A DNA stretch of 64,000 bases from a plasmid, in sequence record NZ_CP029448.1; one strand, given 5' to 3'. Of the stretch, positions 32,253 to 42,231 are shown one piece after another (position 1 is the stretch's first letter; each line of letters opens with the position of its first letter). The position numbers and the translations under genes were made by a program. Below the pieces are notes generated by a model. The model worked only from the letters and a program-made list of their open reading frames with translations, was not told the DNA's origin and ran no database searches.

Positions 32253-32417
32253 ATTCACCACGGTGCAAAGATTTTATTTTTCATGCCAAAAAGTGCCTTC
32301 ATAATATTACAATTGCAATTATTGTTGCAACTAATTAGAACTGTAAAATAACAAATTCATTAGAAATGGCCGCTGAGTTATTATCTTCTGGAGCGGCCTC
32401 TTTGGCATAACTTTATT

Positions 32418-33205
32418 ATGCTAACCAATTCTGGTATTGGCACAGATACCGGTGATGTTCAGCTCGTTCATGGCACGGCCGAACTGAGTCTGGCCATCTC
32501 CGCCGGTGGCCTGCTTGTTGTTGATCCTGAAGACGCTGGCCTTGTCGCTGTAGAACGCCACAGGCTTACCGTAACGTTCCAGATAACCGCGGGTGGCTTC
32601 AAAATAGGTGAAAGTGGATTCAGAACTGACGTACAGAAGCTGCATCAGCCGGCTCGTCGCATCATCAACGTAAACGAGCAGTGTGCACGCCGGACCACGA
32701 TCCTCGAACCAGCGATGCTCACAGCCATCAATCTGGATGAGTTCTCCGCGTGGGCGTGGCTGATGTACACGCGGCGGCCGCAGCTTGCGGGGGGATCCAT
32801 AAACCGGCCTGTGTCATCAGCTTGCGTACCGTCTCTTTGGCCAGATACAGCCCATGAACCTCGGCGAGCTTCTCACAGGCTAAAGTGGGACCAAAATCAG
32901 CGTAGCGTTCGCGGATAATACGTAGTGCTCGTTCAGCGAGGCCCGGCATGAGTTGCCGGTTGCCAGGCTGGCCACGACGACGGTTAACAAGTGAAAGCGG
33001 CCCATGTTCACGATAGCGCTCCAGCAACCGTCGGCAGTGTCTGTCAGATATCTCAAGCCGGTTTGCTGCAAGACGTGTGGTAAGACGGCGGTCGATAACA
33101 TCCTGAAGGATCCTGAGTCGGTTTACATCGTTCATTGAGAAAAACTCCGTTCCGTATGCCGTCATGAGTCTCATCCTTTGAAAGCAGTGATCGCTGTGGT
33201 GAGAC
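32418..33205 (-). pseudogene. Frameshifted, 3'-truncated transposase gene of the same IS481-like (rve integrase-core) family as the intact gene at 37466-38812
   Basis: Two frames: MTAYGTEFFSMNDVNRLRILQDVIDRRL...ADFGPTLACEKLAEVHGLYL... and ...YLERYGKPVAFYSDKASVFRINNKQATGGDGQTQFGRAMNELNITGICA. Together they align to aa ~36-295 of the 37466 product. Homology stops abruptly at the AT-rich island boundary (32418). Confidence 0.65.
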
Positions 33206-33242
33206 TGTAGGGGTCGGTTCCGGCTGAGGGCGAAATGACACC

Positions 33243-36140
33243 CTAAGCTTTCGGTTCCTTGGGCCAAAGATATTCGCCAGTCAGTAGAATGTGCGCCCAG
33301 CCCAATGGGGATATGTGGGGAAGAAATTCAGGGGGAACATCCAACCCTTCGTTCCGCCGCTCCGTGACGGCATGACCAAGATGGACGGTATTCCAGTAAA
33401 TGATCACCGCAGTCAATAAATTGAGCCCAGCGATTCGGTAGTGCTGCCCCTCTGTCGTGCGATCGCGAATTTCCCCCTGCCTCCCGATACGGAGCGCATT
33501 TTTGAGCGCATGGTGGGCCTCTCCCTTGTTAAGACCGATCTGAGCACGCCGCTGCATGTCCGTATCCAGGATCCACTCAATAATGAAAAGGGTCCGTTCA
33601 ATACGACCAACTTCACGAAGCGCAACTGCAAGGTTGTTTTGTCGTGGGTAAGAAGCGAGCTTGCGCAGGAGTTGGCTGGGCCTGATTTTGCCAGCGGTCA
33701 TCGTCGCGGCACAACGGAAAATATCAGGCCAGTTCGCAACGATAAGATCCTCCCGGGCTTTTCCACCTACCAACTTGCGTAACTCCCTGGGGGTCGTATC
33801 GGGATTAAATACGTACAACCGCTTCGATGGCAGATCCCTGATTCGCAGAACGAGATTGTAGCCGAGCAGGCTACTGGCTCCGAACAAATGGTCGGTGAAT
33901 CCTGCTGTATCGGCATACTGTTCGCGAACATGGCGACCGACCTCGTTCATCAGTAGTCCATCGAGAATATACGGTGCCTCGCTCACGGTCGCCGGGATCG
34001 ACTGACAAGCGAATGGCGCGAACTGGTCGCTTACGTGAGTATACGCTTTGAGGCCGGGAACAGAACCATATTTGGCATTGACCATGTTCATGGCTTCGCC
34101 ATGCCGCGCTGTCGGGAAAAACTGACCATCGCTCGATGCTGACGTGCCCATCCCCCAGACGCGTGACATCGGCAGTTTACCCTGCGCGGCCACCACAATT
34201 GCCAATGCCTGGTTCATGGCTTCGCTTTCAACATGCCAGCGGGCAAGGCGTGAGAGCTGCCAGTAATCATGCGTGTTTGTAGCTTCCGCCATCTTACGCA
34301 GGCCCAGATTGAGCCCTTCAGCGAGCAGGACGTTGAGCAGACCGATCCGGTCGCGACATGGAGCCCCGGTTCTCAGATGGGTAAACGCATCTGTGAAACC
34401 AAGGGCTGCATCAACTTCAAGCAGCATGTCGGTAATCCGAACGGACGGCATTCGGCGATACAGATCCAGTATGAGTGCCTCGGCACCATCCGGCACGTCT
34501 GCTGTCAACCTGTCGATCCGCAACGTTCCATCTTCTATGCTACCGTGCGGAATAGTGCCGTTACGGGCAGCCCGGGCCAGCCGCTTAAGAGCGATCGTGA
34601 GTCGCGCCTTTCTGTCTGCCAGCCAATCCTGTGGGTTGGAAGGCACGGCCAGTTTTGCATTTTCCTGCGCCGCGATCATCGGCACCAGTACCTGCTTGAG
34701 GTCACCATAGCGGCGCGAATGAGCGAGCCAGACATCTCCGGAACGAAAAGCATCCCGGAGGTGAAAGAGTACCGCCACTTCCCAAAGACGGGTATCTCCT
34801 TTTTCCTGAGCTCGTAAATGACGGTTCCATTTGGAGCTGGGCCGCAGGAAACGCCTTTCTGGCGATGCAACACCTTTCATCTCTCCGATCGACAAAGCTG
34901 CTGCTACCAATGGTCCGGCGACCGGCGCGGCTTCGAGCTTCAGACAGCGCAACATGCGGGGCGCATAACGACGAAAGCGATGGTATCCCTGCCCGACATA
35001 TGCAAGAGGCTCATCGGCTAGCGTGTTGCTGAGTTGAGTCCCTGTCGCTACCAGTTGAGCGAGCCGGTCCCATGCAACCGAACTGGCGACAGCCATCTCC
35101 AGCGGGGTTCCGTCACTGCGGGCCTCAAGCAACGAAGCTCCCAGCGCGGTGAAGGTACGGATCGTATCCGCGAGTGTGGCTTTAGAGCCGGAAATTGTTT
35201 CGTCATGCTGGCGCTTCGCTTCCCGCCAGGTTTTTCCTACGATCCTGTCATGGGTTTCGACTATGGCATCAGCAATCGCCGCTTCCCACTCCACAACACA
35301 GACGGCAAGGATCGCCCAGCGGCGGTCCGAAGTGATGTCACGCAAACCGTCGGTGAAGTAGCGTTCACCCTGCCGACGCAGCCGGGCAATGCGATGGGCA
35401 GGTATGCTGGCCAAAGCACTATGATTGATATTCAGGGTACGCAGAAATTCGAGCCTGTCGAGCAAACGGTTAGCAGCAGCCGAGTTGTTACCAACCTCGA
35501 AGTTGCGAAGCCAGATGAAACGACTGATATTGCCGGCGAGCATTTCACTCAGAAGTTTGTCCAGGTGATCGCGAACATCCGCTGTTAAATTTTCCACAAT
35601 CCGCGTTTCAATCCGCCGCTCAGCGGCGACCAGAGCATCCGCGCACAAGCGCTCGATTGTCGATACTGCGGGCAGAATGGTGGAAGTTTCCCGACACCGC
35701 ACAATAAAACGATGAGCAAGATCCTCGTTTGATCTGGCATCTTCGGCCTGGCCGAAAGTCCACTCCCGCAGATCACGGGCACCACGGCCCGTGAAGGTCT
35801 TGTAGCCGTAAATTTCGCGCAGCGTGTCCATGTGCTGCTGACGGGTTTGGCGCCGTGTGGCATAAGTGAGAAGCGCATCAGCCGGAACTCCAAGCTGAGC
35901 ACCGACGAAGGAAAGGATTTCACGCGGGATCATCTCACCAGGAGCCAGTGCACGGCCCGGATATCGTAAGGCACAAAGTTGCAGGGCAAAGCCAATCCTG
36001 TTTTCCGGTCTGCGGCGCTGCCTAATGTTTTCCAGGTCATCATCGCCCAGCGTGTAGAACTTCAGTAGCGACAGTTCGTCCGTGGGCAGATCGAACAGCG
36101 CTGCTCGCTGCCGTTCGGTGAAAATATGGCGTCGTGACAT
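33243..36140 (-). CDS. tnpA: Tn3-family transposase TnpA (identical to copy A)
   Basis: 965 aa, identical translation to the 7198..10095 product. Confidence 0.9.
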   Translation of the reverse strand: MSRRHIFTERQRAALFDLPTDELSLLKFYTLGDDDLENIRQRRRPENRIGFALQLCALRYPGRALAPGEMIPREILSFVGAQLGVPADALLTYATRRQTRQQHMDTLREIYGYKTFTGRGARDLREWTFGQAEDARSNEDLAHRFIVRCRETSTILPAVSTIERLCADALVAAERRIETRIVENLTADVRDHLDKLLSEMLAGNISRFIWLRNFEVGNNSAAANRLLDRLEFLRTLNINHSALASIPAHRIARLRRQGERYFTDGLRDITSDRRWAILAVCVVEWEAAIADAIVETHDRIVGKTWREAKRQHDETISGSKATLADTIRTFTALGASLLEARSDGTPLEMAVASSVAWDRLAQLVATGTQLSNTLADEPLAYVGQGYHRFRRYAPRMLRCLKLEAAPVAGPLVAAALSIGEMKGVASPERRFLRPSSKWNRHLRAQEKGDTRLWEVAVLFHLRDAFRSGDVWLAHSRRYGDLKQVLVPMIAAQENAKLAVPSNPQDWLADRKARLTIALKRLARAARNGTIPHGSIEDGTLRIDRLTADVPDGAEALILDLYRRMPSVRITDMLLEVDAALGFTDAFTHLRTGAPCRDRIGLLNVLLAEGLNLGLRKMAEATNTHDYWQLSRLARWHVESEAMNQALAIVVAAQGKLPMSRVWGMGTSASSDGQFFPTARHGEAMNMVNAKYGSVPGLKAYTHVSDQFAPFACQSIPATVSEAPYILDGLLMNEVGRHVREQYADTAGFTDHLFGASSLLGYNLVLRIRDLPSKRLYVFNPDTTPRELRKLVGGKAREDLIVANWPDIFRCAATMTAGKIRPSQLLRKLASYPRQNNLAVALREVGRIERTLFIIEWILDTDMQRRAQIGLNKGEAHHALKNALRIGRQGEIRDRTTEGQHYRIAGLNLLTAVIIYWNTVHLGHAVTERRNEGLDVPPEFLPHISPLGWAHILLTGEYLWPKEPKA

Positions 36141-36234
36141 ACAAATTCGTCCCTTTTGAAGTATAGTCTGTTTTGGACAACAGCCAGCCCATATAAATCA
36201 GGGCGTTCCGATACAAAAATCCAGGAGGGTTCAA

Positions 36235-36840
36235 TTGGGACATCGTGCCGCCATTTACTGCCGGGTTTCAACAGCGGATCAGTCTTGTGAACGCCAGGAA
36301 TTTGATCTGCGAGCCTTCGCCGGCCGTGCCGGCTACGACGTGGTGGGAATATTTAAGGAAACAGGTTCAGGAACTAAACTCGACCGGGCCGAGCGAAAGA
36401 AAGTCCTGGCGCTTGCCCAGTCCAGACAAATTGATGCAATCCTGGTCACTGAGCTTTCCCGGTGGGGGCGCTCGACGCTCGATCTGCTCAATACGCTACG
36501 TGAACTGGAGAACTGGAAGGTTTCCGTGATAGCCATGAATGGAATGGCGTTCGATCTTTCGTCGCCGTATGGACGAATGCTGGCGACGTTTCTTTCCGGC
36601 ATTGCGGAGTTTGAGCGGGATCTCATCAGCGAGCGGGTCAAGTCAGGCCTTGCTGTTGCGAAGGCACGTGGTAAGAGGCTTGGTCGTCAGGCCGGAGTGC
36701 GACCAAAATCAGACCGACTTTTGCCTAAGGTGGTTGCGATGAGGGCCGAGGGACGCAGCTATCGCTGGATCGCACGCGAGCTCGGTATCAGCAAGAATAC
36801 CGTCGCTGACATCGTGCAACGACACAGAGCTAACGCTTAG
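36235..36840 (+). CDS. tnpR: Resolvase TnpR (identical to copy A)
   Basis: 201 aa, identical translation to the 6498..7103 product. Confidence 0.85.
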   Translation: MGHRAAIYCRVSTADQSCERQEFDLRAFAGRAGYDVVGIFKETGSGTKLDRAERKKVLALAQSRQIDAILVTELSRWGRSTLDLLNTLRELENWKVSVIAMNGMAFDLSSPYGRMLATFLSGIAEFERDLISERVKSGLAVAKARGKRLGRQAGVRPKSDRLLPKVVAMRAEGRSYRWIARELGISKNTVADIVQRHRANA

Positions 36841-37021
36841 GGTGTCATTTCGCCCTCAGCCGGAACCGACCCCCTGTAGCGCGGACATGTCTATTTGGTC
36901 AGAGACGGACATCTCAAATTAGCTACTACAACGATGTCTAGCCAATGTTGAAATGTCGTGCTGAAAACAAAGCTGACCTGACGTCAGTGGAGAGTCTGGA
37001 CAATGCCTTTTTAAGGTTGAG

Positions 37022-37450
37022 TCAGGCTTTGGAGGAAGAACGTGGTTGCCAGGTTTTCTCGGCTATCATCAGTTTACGTACGGTCTCTTTTGAAATCCGG
37101 ACACCGTATTCTGTGGTCAGAATTCGCCAGATGGCTGACGGATTCATACCCCGGCCGCGTGAGCGAATAAGCTGCAGTGCCTGATCTCTGATGGTGGTGT
37201 TTAACTGATGATTGCCGGGCTTTCCACGGCGCCGGCTGACCAGACCGGCTGGCCCCAGCTCGCGATAGCGCTTAATCAGGCGGGAGCACTGACGACGGGT
37301 GAGCTCCATGGACTCTGCCACTTCTGCCAGCGTGATTTCCCGCGCCATATAGGCTTCAATCAAATCCAGGCGTAGCGCTTCGTGAAGTGTCAGGAGCACT
37401 GGTTTGTTGTCGTCCATTTTTCTCTCATCTGTCGGCCATATCAGATCCAC
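37022..37450 (-). pseudogene. N-terminal HTH-domain fragment of an IS481-like transposase (tandem, truncated)
   Basis: 142 aa, ...LIKRYRELGPAGLVSRRRGKPGNHQL...QALQLIRSRGRGMNPSAIWRILTTEYGVRISKETVRKLM; parallels the N-terminal HTH region of the neighbouring transposase. No integrase core follows. Confidence 0.5.
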
Positions 37451-37465
37451 AGGTGAGGGAAGGGC

Positions 37466-38812
37466 TCATCGCTTCAGGCTGGGGATAAAATCCTGCGGAC
37501 TGGCCAGCACCGGGTTGATCGCCCTGAGCTCTTCCAGTGCACGCTCCTGAGCGCGCCTGCGGGGCATTTTTGTACTGCGCATTCGCTTTCCTTCAGCCTC
37601 CAGCTCGTCCTGTTTCTGCTGTGCCAGCCTCAGAACGGCACCCAGTCGTTTGTTATCAACAACCGCCCCCTGATCAACGCAGGTCAGTTTATCGAAAATC
37701 TTATAACCCAGTGGCCGGTGCTGATGCCGGAAAGTAATGCTTCCGTCAGGGTAATCATAAACGGTAATTTTTTCACCTGCTATGCGCGTATTTTGTTCGG
37801 TGGGTTCAATGATATACATGACTTTATCATACTGAAAAGTCAGTGCTTTCGATAAGGTCCGCAGCTCCTGCCAGGCGAAGATATCATTCAGCTCCAGTGG
37901 ACTCTGTGTGACCGCACGGTGCAGATCTTTAGGGTATTTTGCCGGCCGGGAGAAACGACGGTTAAAATCAGACATGAAATGTTCAATCCACTGATTGGCT
38001 TCAGCAACCGAGCTGATGTTCTGCAGGCGCATCTCTTTAATCAGTCGATCCTGGAGCGTTTTATTTACCCGTTCCACGCGACCTTTTGCCTGGCTGCTGT
38101 TGGCACAAATCAATTCGATCGCCAGTTCCCGGAGAGCCCGTCCGAACTGGGTTGTGCCGGTACGTCGGCTCTCGGGTCCGCTGACCCTGAACACCGCATG
38201 CTTGTCGCTGTAAAATGCGACAGGTTTACCATGTTTATCAATGTATTGCCGGGTAGCCATCATGTAGTCAAACGCGTTTTCTGAATCACAGAATCGCAGG
38301 TGCATCAGGCGACCTGTGGCGTCATCCATGAAGACCAGAAGACAGCATTTTGGGGCTCTTCCTTCGAACCAGTCATGGTGAGAGCCATCGATCTGAACCA
38401 GTTCGCCGAAACAGTCGCGACGATAGCGCGGCTGGTAAACCCGGGTTCGCCGGCGGGAATGAGGACGCCAGAGACCGTCGGCTGTCATCCAGTTACGGAT
38501 GGTTTCAACGGAGAGATATATATGATGGCGTTCAGCCAGTTTTTCGGTTGCGAGCGTTGGGCCAAAATCTGAATAGTGGCACCGGATCAAATCCAGGGCT
38601 TTACAGCGTGTTTCTTCATCGATCCGGTTGTTTGCAGGACGTCCACGGCGGGAAGATGCAAATGCGGTTGCGCCATCTGTCCGGTACAGACGCACAAGAC
38701 GCTGCACCTGACGAACACTGAGCTTAAGTATGTCTGCTGCGTCGCGCTGAAGCAAAGCCCGGTCAAATACTCGCTGAATGATGCCAAGCCGGTAAAGTTC
38801 TTTGTCTGTCAT
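37466..38812 (-). CDS. IS481-like / ISNCY-like transposase with rve integrase core (449 aa from the MTDKELY start)
   Basis: HTH N-terminus, then ...DGSHHDWFEGRAPKCCLLVFMDDATGRLM...YSDKHAVFRV... (DDE integrase core). The ORF-track upstream extension (MSAQ...) lacks an RBS; I call the start at 38810-38812. Confidence 0.6.
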   Translation of the reverse strand: MTDKELYRLGIIQRVFDRALLQRDAADILKLSVRQVQRLVRLYRTDGATAFASSRRGRPANNRIDEETRCKALDLIRCHYSDFGPTLATEKLAERHHIYLSVETIRNWMTADGLWRPHSRRRTRVYQPRYRRDCFGELVQIDGSHHDWFEGRAPKCCLLVFMDDATGRLMHLRFCDSENAFDYMMATRQYIDKHGKPVAFYSDKHAVFRVSGPESRRTGTTQFGRALRELAIELICANSSQAKGRVERVNKTLQDRLIKEMRLQNISSVAEANQWIEHFMSDFNRRFSRPAKYPKDLHRAVTQSPLELNDIFAWQELRTLSKALTFQYDKVMYIIEPTEQNTRIAGEKITVYDYPDGSITFRHQHRPLGYKIFDKLTCVDQGAVVDNKRLGAVLRLAQQKQDELEAEGKRMRSTKMPRRRAQERALEELRAINPVLASPQDFIPSLKR

Positions 38813-39020
38813 AGTCACCAACATAAGATCGCGGTCCTGTGCTGAGCAAAATGAAGGCTTAGCGTACACGACGCGTGTGAATTGTGCTGAGACGACAATA
38901 ACGCTTTGTGCTGACAACGCAACTTCGCTTAATGCGTTTTATGTTAAATATCAACAACTTAGCGTCAAATTACAGCTGTTCTTCTGCAATGGCCTGCTCA
39001 CTATCACTGCCAGCACGGCT

Positions 39021-39293
39021 TCAGTCGGGATAGATGGATTCTTTTCTGGCATTAATGCCATAAAGACAAACACGTTTTTTTTCAGGCAAATGGATACCCA
39101 TCAGGCGAAGAATAAAGCCGCGCCACCCCCGGTTAACCTGACGGTTATAGTCATACAGGTCTGCATTTTCTTTTTTAAGCTTTGACCATTCATGCATGAG
39201 TGTTAGTGCATCGAGCTCGGTGATGTGCTTCACTTCATCACCGATACGTACTGTGTTAATGCCTCTTCCCGTCATGATGATCCCCTCCGGCAA
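39021..39293 (-). CDS. Hypothetical small protein
   Basis: 90-aa ORF; possible internal start MTGRGINTVRIGDEVKHITELDALTLMHEW... Confidence 0.3.
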   Translation of the reverse strand: MPEGIIMTGRGINTVRIGDEVKHITELDALTLMHEWSKLKKENADLYDYNRQVNRGWRGFILRLMGIHLPEKKRVCLYGINARKESIYPD

Positions 39294-39350
39294 TATCAGT
39301 TTCAGATTAACGCTGTTGTGATGATGATTTAACTACACACTAAAGGCAAT

Positions 39351-39608
39351 CTAACGTTTAATCATACCCCTGATAATAAAGAACATCATGGTTAATGAAA
39401 ACACAATCAGAAGCCAGCCAAAGGGTTTGGCATCAAAAACAGTAGTGATGCAATCATTAGTACAGGTAACCACCTTCGGGGTGACAATAGAAATTCCCCA
39501 TCCAAGAATAACTACCATAGTGCCTGCTACTGCGGCTAAGAAAAAAGTGGTGAAGAATGCGCATCCGACTACCAGTAACAATCCAATCAGTTCAAATATC
39601 ATATTCAT
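39351..39608 (-). CDS. Small membrane protein (two TM helices)
   Basis: 85 aa, hydrophobic: MNMIFELIGLLLVVGCAFFTTFFLAAVAGTMVVILGWGISIV... Confidence 0.4.
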   Translation of the reverse strand: MNMIFELIGLLLVVGCAFFTTFFLAAVAGTMVVILGWGISIVTPKVVTCTNDCITTVFDAKPFGWLLIVFSLTMMFFIIRGMIKR

Positions 39609-39656
39609 GATTGCGCTCCAGGTGAGATAACTGCGAACAGACTGATGCTGGCTGTA

Positions 39657-39860
39657 TTATTTAACATATTTCCAGACGCCTGCAGGTATTTTATCATAAA
39701 ACTTCCCCATTGCCATTTCCGCCAGCCGGTGATCCACTGCGGCATTAAAGTGCTCAAGTTCGTCATCCGTCAGGGAATATTTATTTTTTTCTATTATCCT
39801 TTCCAGAGTTTCCTGTGATGTACAGCGGCGTAGTCGTAAAATCCATTCCTGTTTCGTCAT
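39657..39860 (-). CDS. hha: Hha/YmoA-family nucleoid-associated modulator
   Basis: MTKQEWILRLRRCTSQETLERIIEKNKYSLTDDELEHFNAAVDHRLAEMAMGKFYDKIPAGVWKYVK; closely parallels Hha (…RLRRC…TLERVIEKNKYELSD…ADHRLAEL…YDKIP…VW…). Confidence 0.8.
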   Translation of the reverse strand: MTKQEWILRLRRCTSQETLERIIEKNKYSLTDDELEHFNAAVDHRLAEMAMGKFYDKIPAGVWKYVK

Positions 39861-39893
39861 TAGTTTTATATATCCTGAGGTGTCCCGGTAATA

Positions 39894-40265
39894 TCATTCT
39901 GGAAGATGCTTTTCTTTCAGTCGGTTATGAGTGAACCATTTTGCATATGTAATGTAAACCACAAAAGTTAAGAGTGCGGACAGACTATATATCCAGAGAA
40001 CAGGCACTACGTGATGAAAACGTATCATCTGACCGGATTCATCTGCCATACTCATTAATGCATTGCTGTATGTTTCAGTCTGAATAAACTCGTAGTAAGG
40101 TACCATCACAACATGAAGAAAAAATAAATTAAGCAGATACGTCAGAGAAAACGCGTGTTCCTGCCCGTTATAGGGCGCATACTGCGCAAAGGCGAACATC
40201 CATCCTGTGAAAAGCAGAAAACACATCGCGAAATACACCACCACCCATACCGCTGTTTTCATCAC
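39894..40265 (-). CDS. Membrane protein (3-4 TM), unknown function, immediately upstream of hha
   Basis: 123 aa, MMKTAVWVVVYFAMCFLLFTGWMFAFAQYAPYNG... Confidence 0.45.
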   Translation of the reverse strand: MMKTAVWVVVYFAMCFLLFTGWMFAFAQYAPYNGQEHAFSLTYLLNLFFLHVVMVPYYEFIQTETYSNALMSMADESGQMIRFHHVVPVLWIYSLSALLTFVVYITYAKWFTHNRLKEKHLPE

Positions 40266-40305
40266 TGCCCTCAGTTATATAATTTGTCTGTAACGAAAAT
40301 GGCAT

Positions 40306-40800
40306 TCAGGCGTTCAGGTCCGTGCCGTTCTGCTTCAGATAATCACTGATGCTCAGGCCGGACAAGCGAATGTTATCCGAAATCTCCCTGAACTGCTCCT
40401 CCCAGCCGTCCTGCAACTCCCTGATTGCCGCGATCTGGAAAGCAACACTGAAAGGCGTTCTGCCCAGTTTCTCGGACAGCCAGAAAAGATGCCTGCCAAT
40501 CTCTTCGTCCGGTACCGAATCGAGCGCATCACTCAGAAAGGTTTTTTCGTCTTCCTGCCAGGGATGACCGGCTCGCGGGAACCGCGGATCAGACTGGCGG
40601 TCTTTTTTCTCCCTTTTTTCCCGTCTGGCAACGGTCGGCGCATCGCCTTTTTTCAAGCCGACGCGCGCTTTCATGGCGCCGATAGCGGCGACGGCCAGTA
40701 CCAGCGTTTCACGCTCCTGGCGCGTGAGCAGGCTGTCCTCGCAAATCAGGGTGTTCAGGTTATCGATCAGCTTATTCAGCCCGGGTTCAGTGACTTTCAT
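40306..40800 (-). CDS. Hypothetical protein (164 aa), third gene of an unknown three-gene operon
   Basis: MKVTEPGLNKLIDNLNTLICEDSLLTRQERETLVLAVAAIGAMKARVGLKKGD... Lies 30 bp downstream of the 188-aa ORF. Confidence 0.45.
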   Translation of the reverse strand: MKVTEPGLNKLIDNLNTLICEDSLLTRQERETLVLAVAAIGAMKARVGLKKGDAPTVARREKREKKDRQSDPRFPRAGHPWQEDEKTFLSDALDSVPDEEIGRHLFWLSEKLGRTPFSVAFQIAAIRELQDGWEEQFREISDNIRLSGLSISDYLKQNGTDLNA

Positions 40801-40830
40801 TTTATGCTCCTGTTCCTTGTGTGGTGGCGA

Positions 40831-41397
40831 TCAGTCCCGGCTCTCATTCACCTGGACGGTGACCGGCAGGCCTGCATCAAAACAGGCCTGATACCAGCTG
40901 GCCACCTGCAGGGGATCGCCCTCTTTTATCCGGCGTATGCCGCCGGCATCCGTCAGCTGCAGGCAGGTGGTACCGTCCAGACGGATCACGTAGGCCGCTT
41001 CCCTGATGGTGTAATGGCCGTCATCCAGCTGCAGCTCCACCGCGTCACCGGCAGCCGTCTGGCGTAACGGCAGACGCCGGACGTCTGTCAGTCGTTTTCG
41101 TGCCGTTTCAGCCTCGCGTTCTGCCTGGAAGAGCGGTTCTGCAATGCAGCGACCGTCCTGCGTCAGCTCGACGGCCAGCTGCAGGTTCGGGGCGCGCAGG
41201 GTGCGCAGCCAGCCCGCGGCTTCCATGCGCCGGCAGGAGGCGCGCAGGTTCGGCCCGTACACCGGGGCGTCCCCGCCCTGCTCCAGCACCCGCTCGATAT
41301 CCCGCGTCGCCACCGGGCCCGGCCGTTTCGCATCGAGGGCGGCCAGCACAATCAGCACCCGCCGCTGCAGCGGCGATGGTCGGCGCGCCTGAGTCAT
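40831..41397 (-). CDS. Hypothetical protein (188 aa) with a predicted N-terminal winged-helix-like region
   Basis: MTQARRPSPLQRRVLIVLAALDAKRPGPVATRDIERVLEQ...; start overlaps the upstream gene's stop (ATGA). Confidence 0.45.
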   Translation of the reverse strand: MTQARRPSPLQRRVLIVLAALDAKRPGPVATRDIERVLEQGGDAPVYGPNLRASCRRMEAAGWLRTLRAPNLQLAVELTQDGRCIAEPLFQAEREAETARKRLTDVRRLPLRQTAAGDAVELQLDDGHYTIREAAYVIRLDGTTCLQLTDAGGIRRIKEGDPLQVASWYQACFDAGLPVTVQVNESRD

Positions 41398-41657
41398 TGC
41401 TTGTCCGCCTCCGGCCAGATGAGTTTTCTGAGGCGCAGGTGATCGGCGTCTATGAGCTCTTGCCTCTTTATGGCATTCACTGAGGCATAGCCATTTATGG
41501 CCAGTTCATACCAATAGCTCAGCACGGCACCGGCCTTGGCTGACTCGCTGATGTAAATCGCGCCCTGGCTGTCCAGATTGCACTCACGGATACGCTCTTC
41601 CGCTATCCGGGTCAGCTGCTCATAGCTGAGTGAAAAATTCACTTCTTTCTCATCCAT
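41394..41657 (-). CDS. Hypothetical small protein (88 aa from MDEKEV...; the ORF-track N-terminal extension is not supported)
   Basis: RBS AGGA before the ATG at 41655-41657; AT-rich promoter-like region upstream (41660-41800). Confidence 0.4.
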   Translation of the reverse strand: MDEKEVNFSLSYEQLTRIAEERIRECNLDSQGAIYISESAKAGAVLSYWYELAINGYASVNAIKRQELIDADHLRLRKLIWPEADKQ

Positions 41658-41970
41658 CCTGCACGCTCCGTCTGATAATGTCCGGTTAGGTAAAAAATCA
41701 TACCTCGAATGATTTATATCGCATTGAGCAAACATCATATCAGATATTATATTGTGATTTATGATAAATATCACATTAAGAATGACTTTATGTGTTTAGG
41801 ACGATTATCATATCAATGGCAGGTTTCCCGCCGTGCAGATCCGAAAAGATGCTAAGTCGGATCTCCATACTACTGCAGTGTTGTTTTGGCTAAAATTCGG
41901 GAGATGGAAGCGGGGGAGTAAGCTGATATAATGATGTAAGAACTAATCTTACATAAGAAGCGGAGGGGTT

Positions 41971-42231
41971 ATGGCCCGTACGATGACGGTGGACGTGGGT
42001 GATGAGCTGCGTGAATTTATCGATTCCCTGGTTAAGGCCGGTGATTACCGTACCCAGAGCGAGGTCATGCGTGACGCGCTGCGTCTACTGCGCGAGAAGC
42101 AGGCTGAATCACGCCTTCAGGAACTCCGCGATCTGCTGGCCGAAGGAATCAGCAGCGGCGAGGCGAAACCATGGAACAAGGATGCATTCCTGAAGAATGT
42201 CAGGGCCAGGGTGGCAAATGAAAGAGATTGA
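41971..42231 (+). CDS. parD: ParD-type RHH antitoxin
   Basis: MARTMTVDVGDELREFIDSLVKAGDYRTQSEVMRDALRLLREKQAESRLQELRDLLAEG... Confidence 0.8.
   Translation: MARTMTVDVGDELREFIDSLVKAGDYRTQSEVMRDALRLLREKQAESRLQELRDLLAEGISSGEAKPWNKDAFLKNVRARVANERD

Larger units (their letters stand above)
33210..36873 (-). mobile_element. Tn5403-like Tn3-family element, copy B (3664 bp), inverted relative to copy A, with 5-bp TSD CTGTA
   Basis: IRs at 33210-33247 and 36836-36873. Flanks are CTGTA (33205-33209) and CTGTA (36874-36878). Confidence 0.85.
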
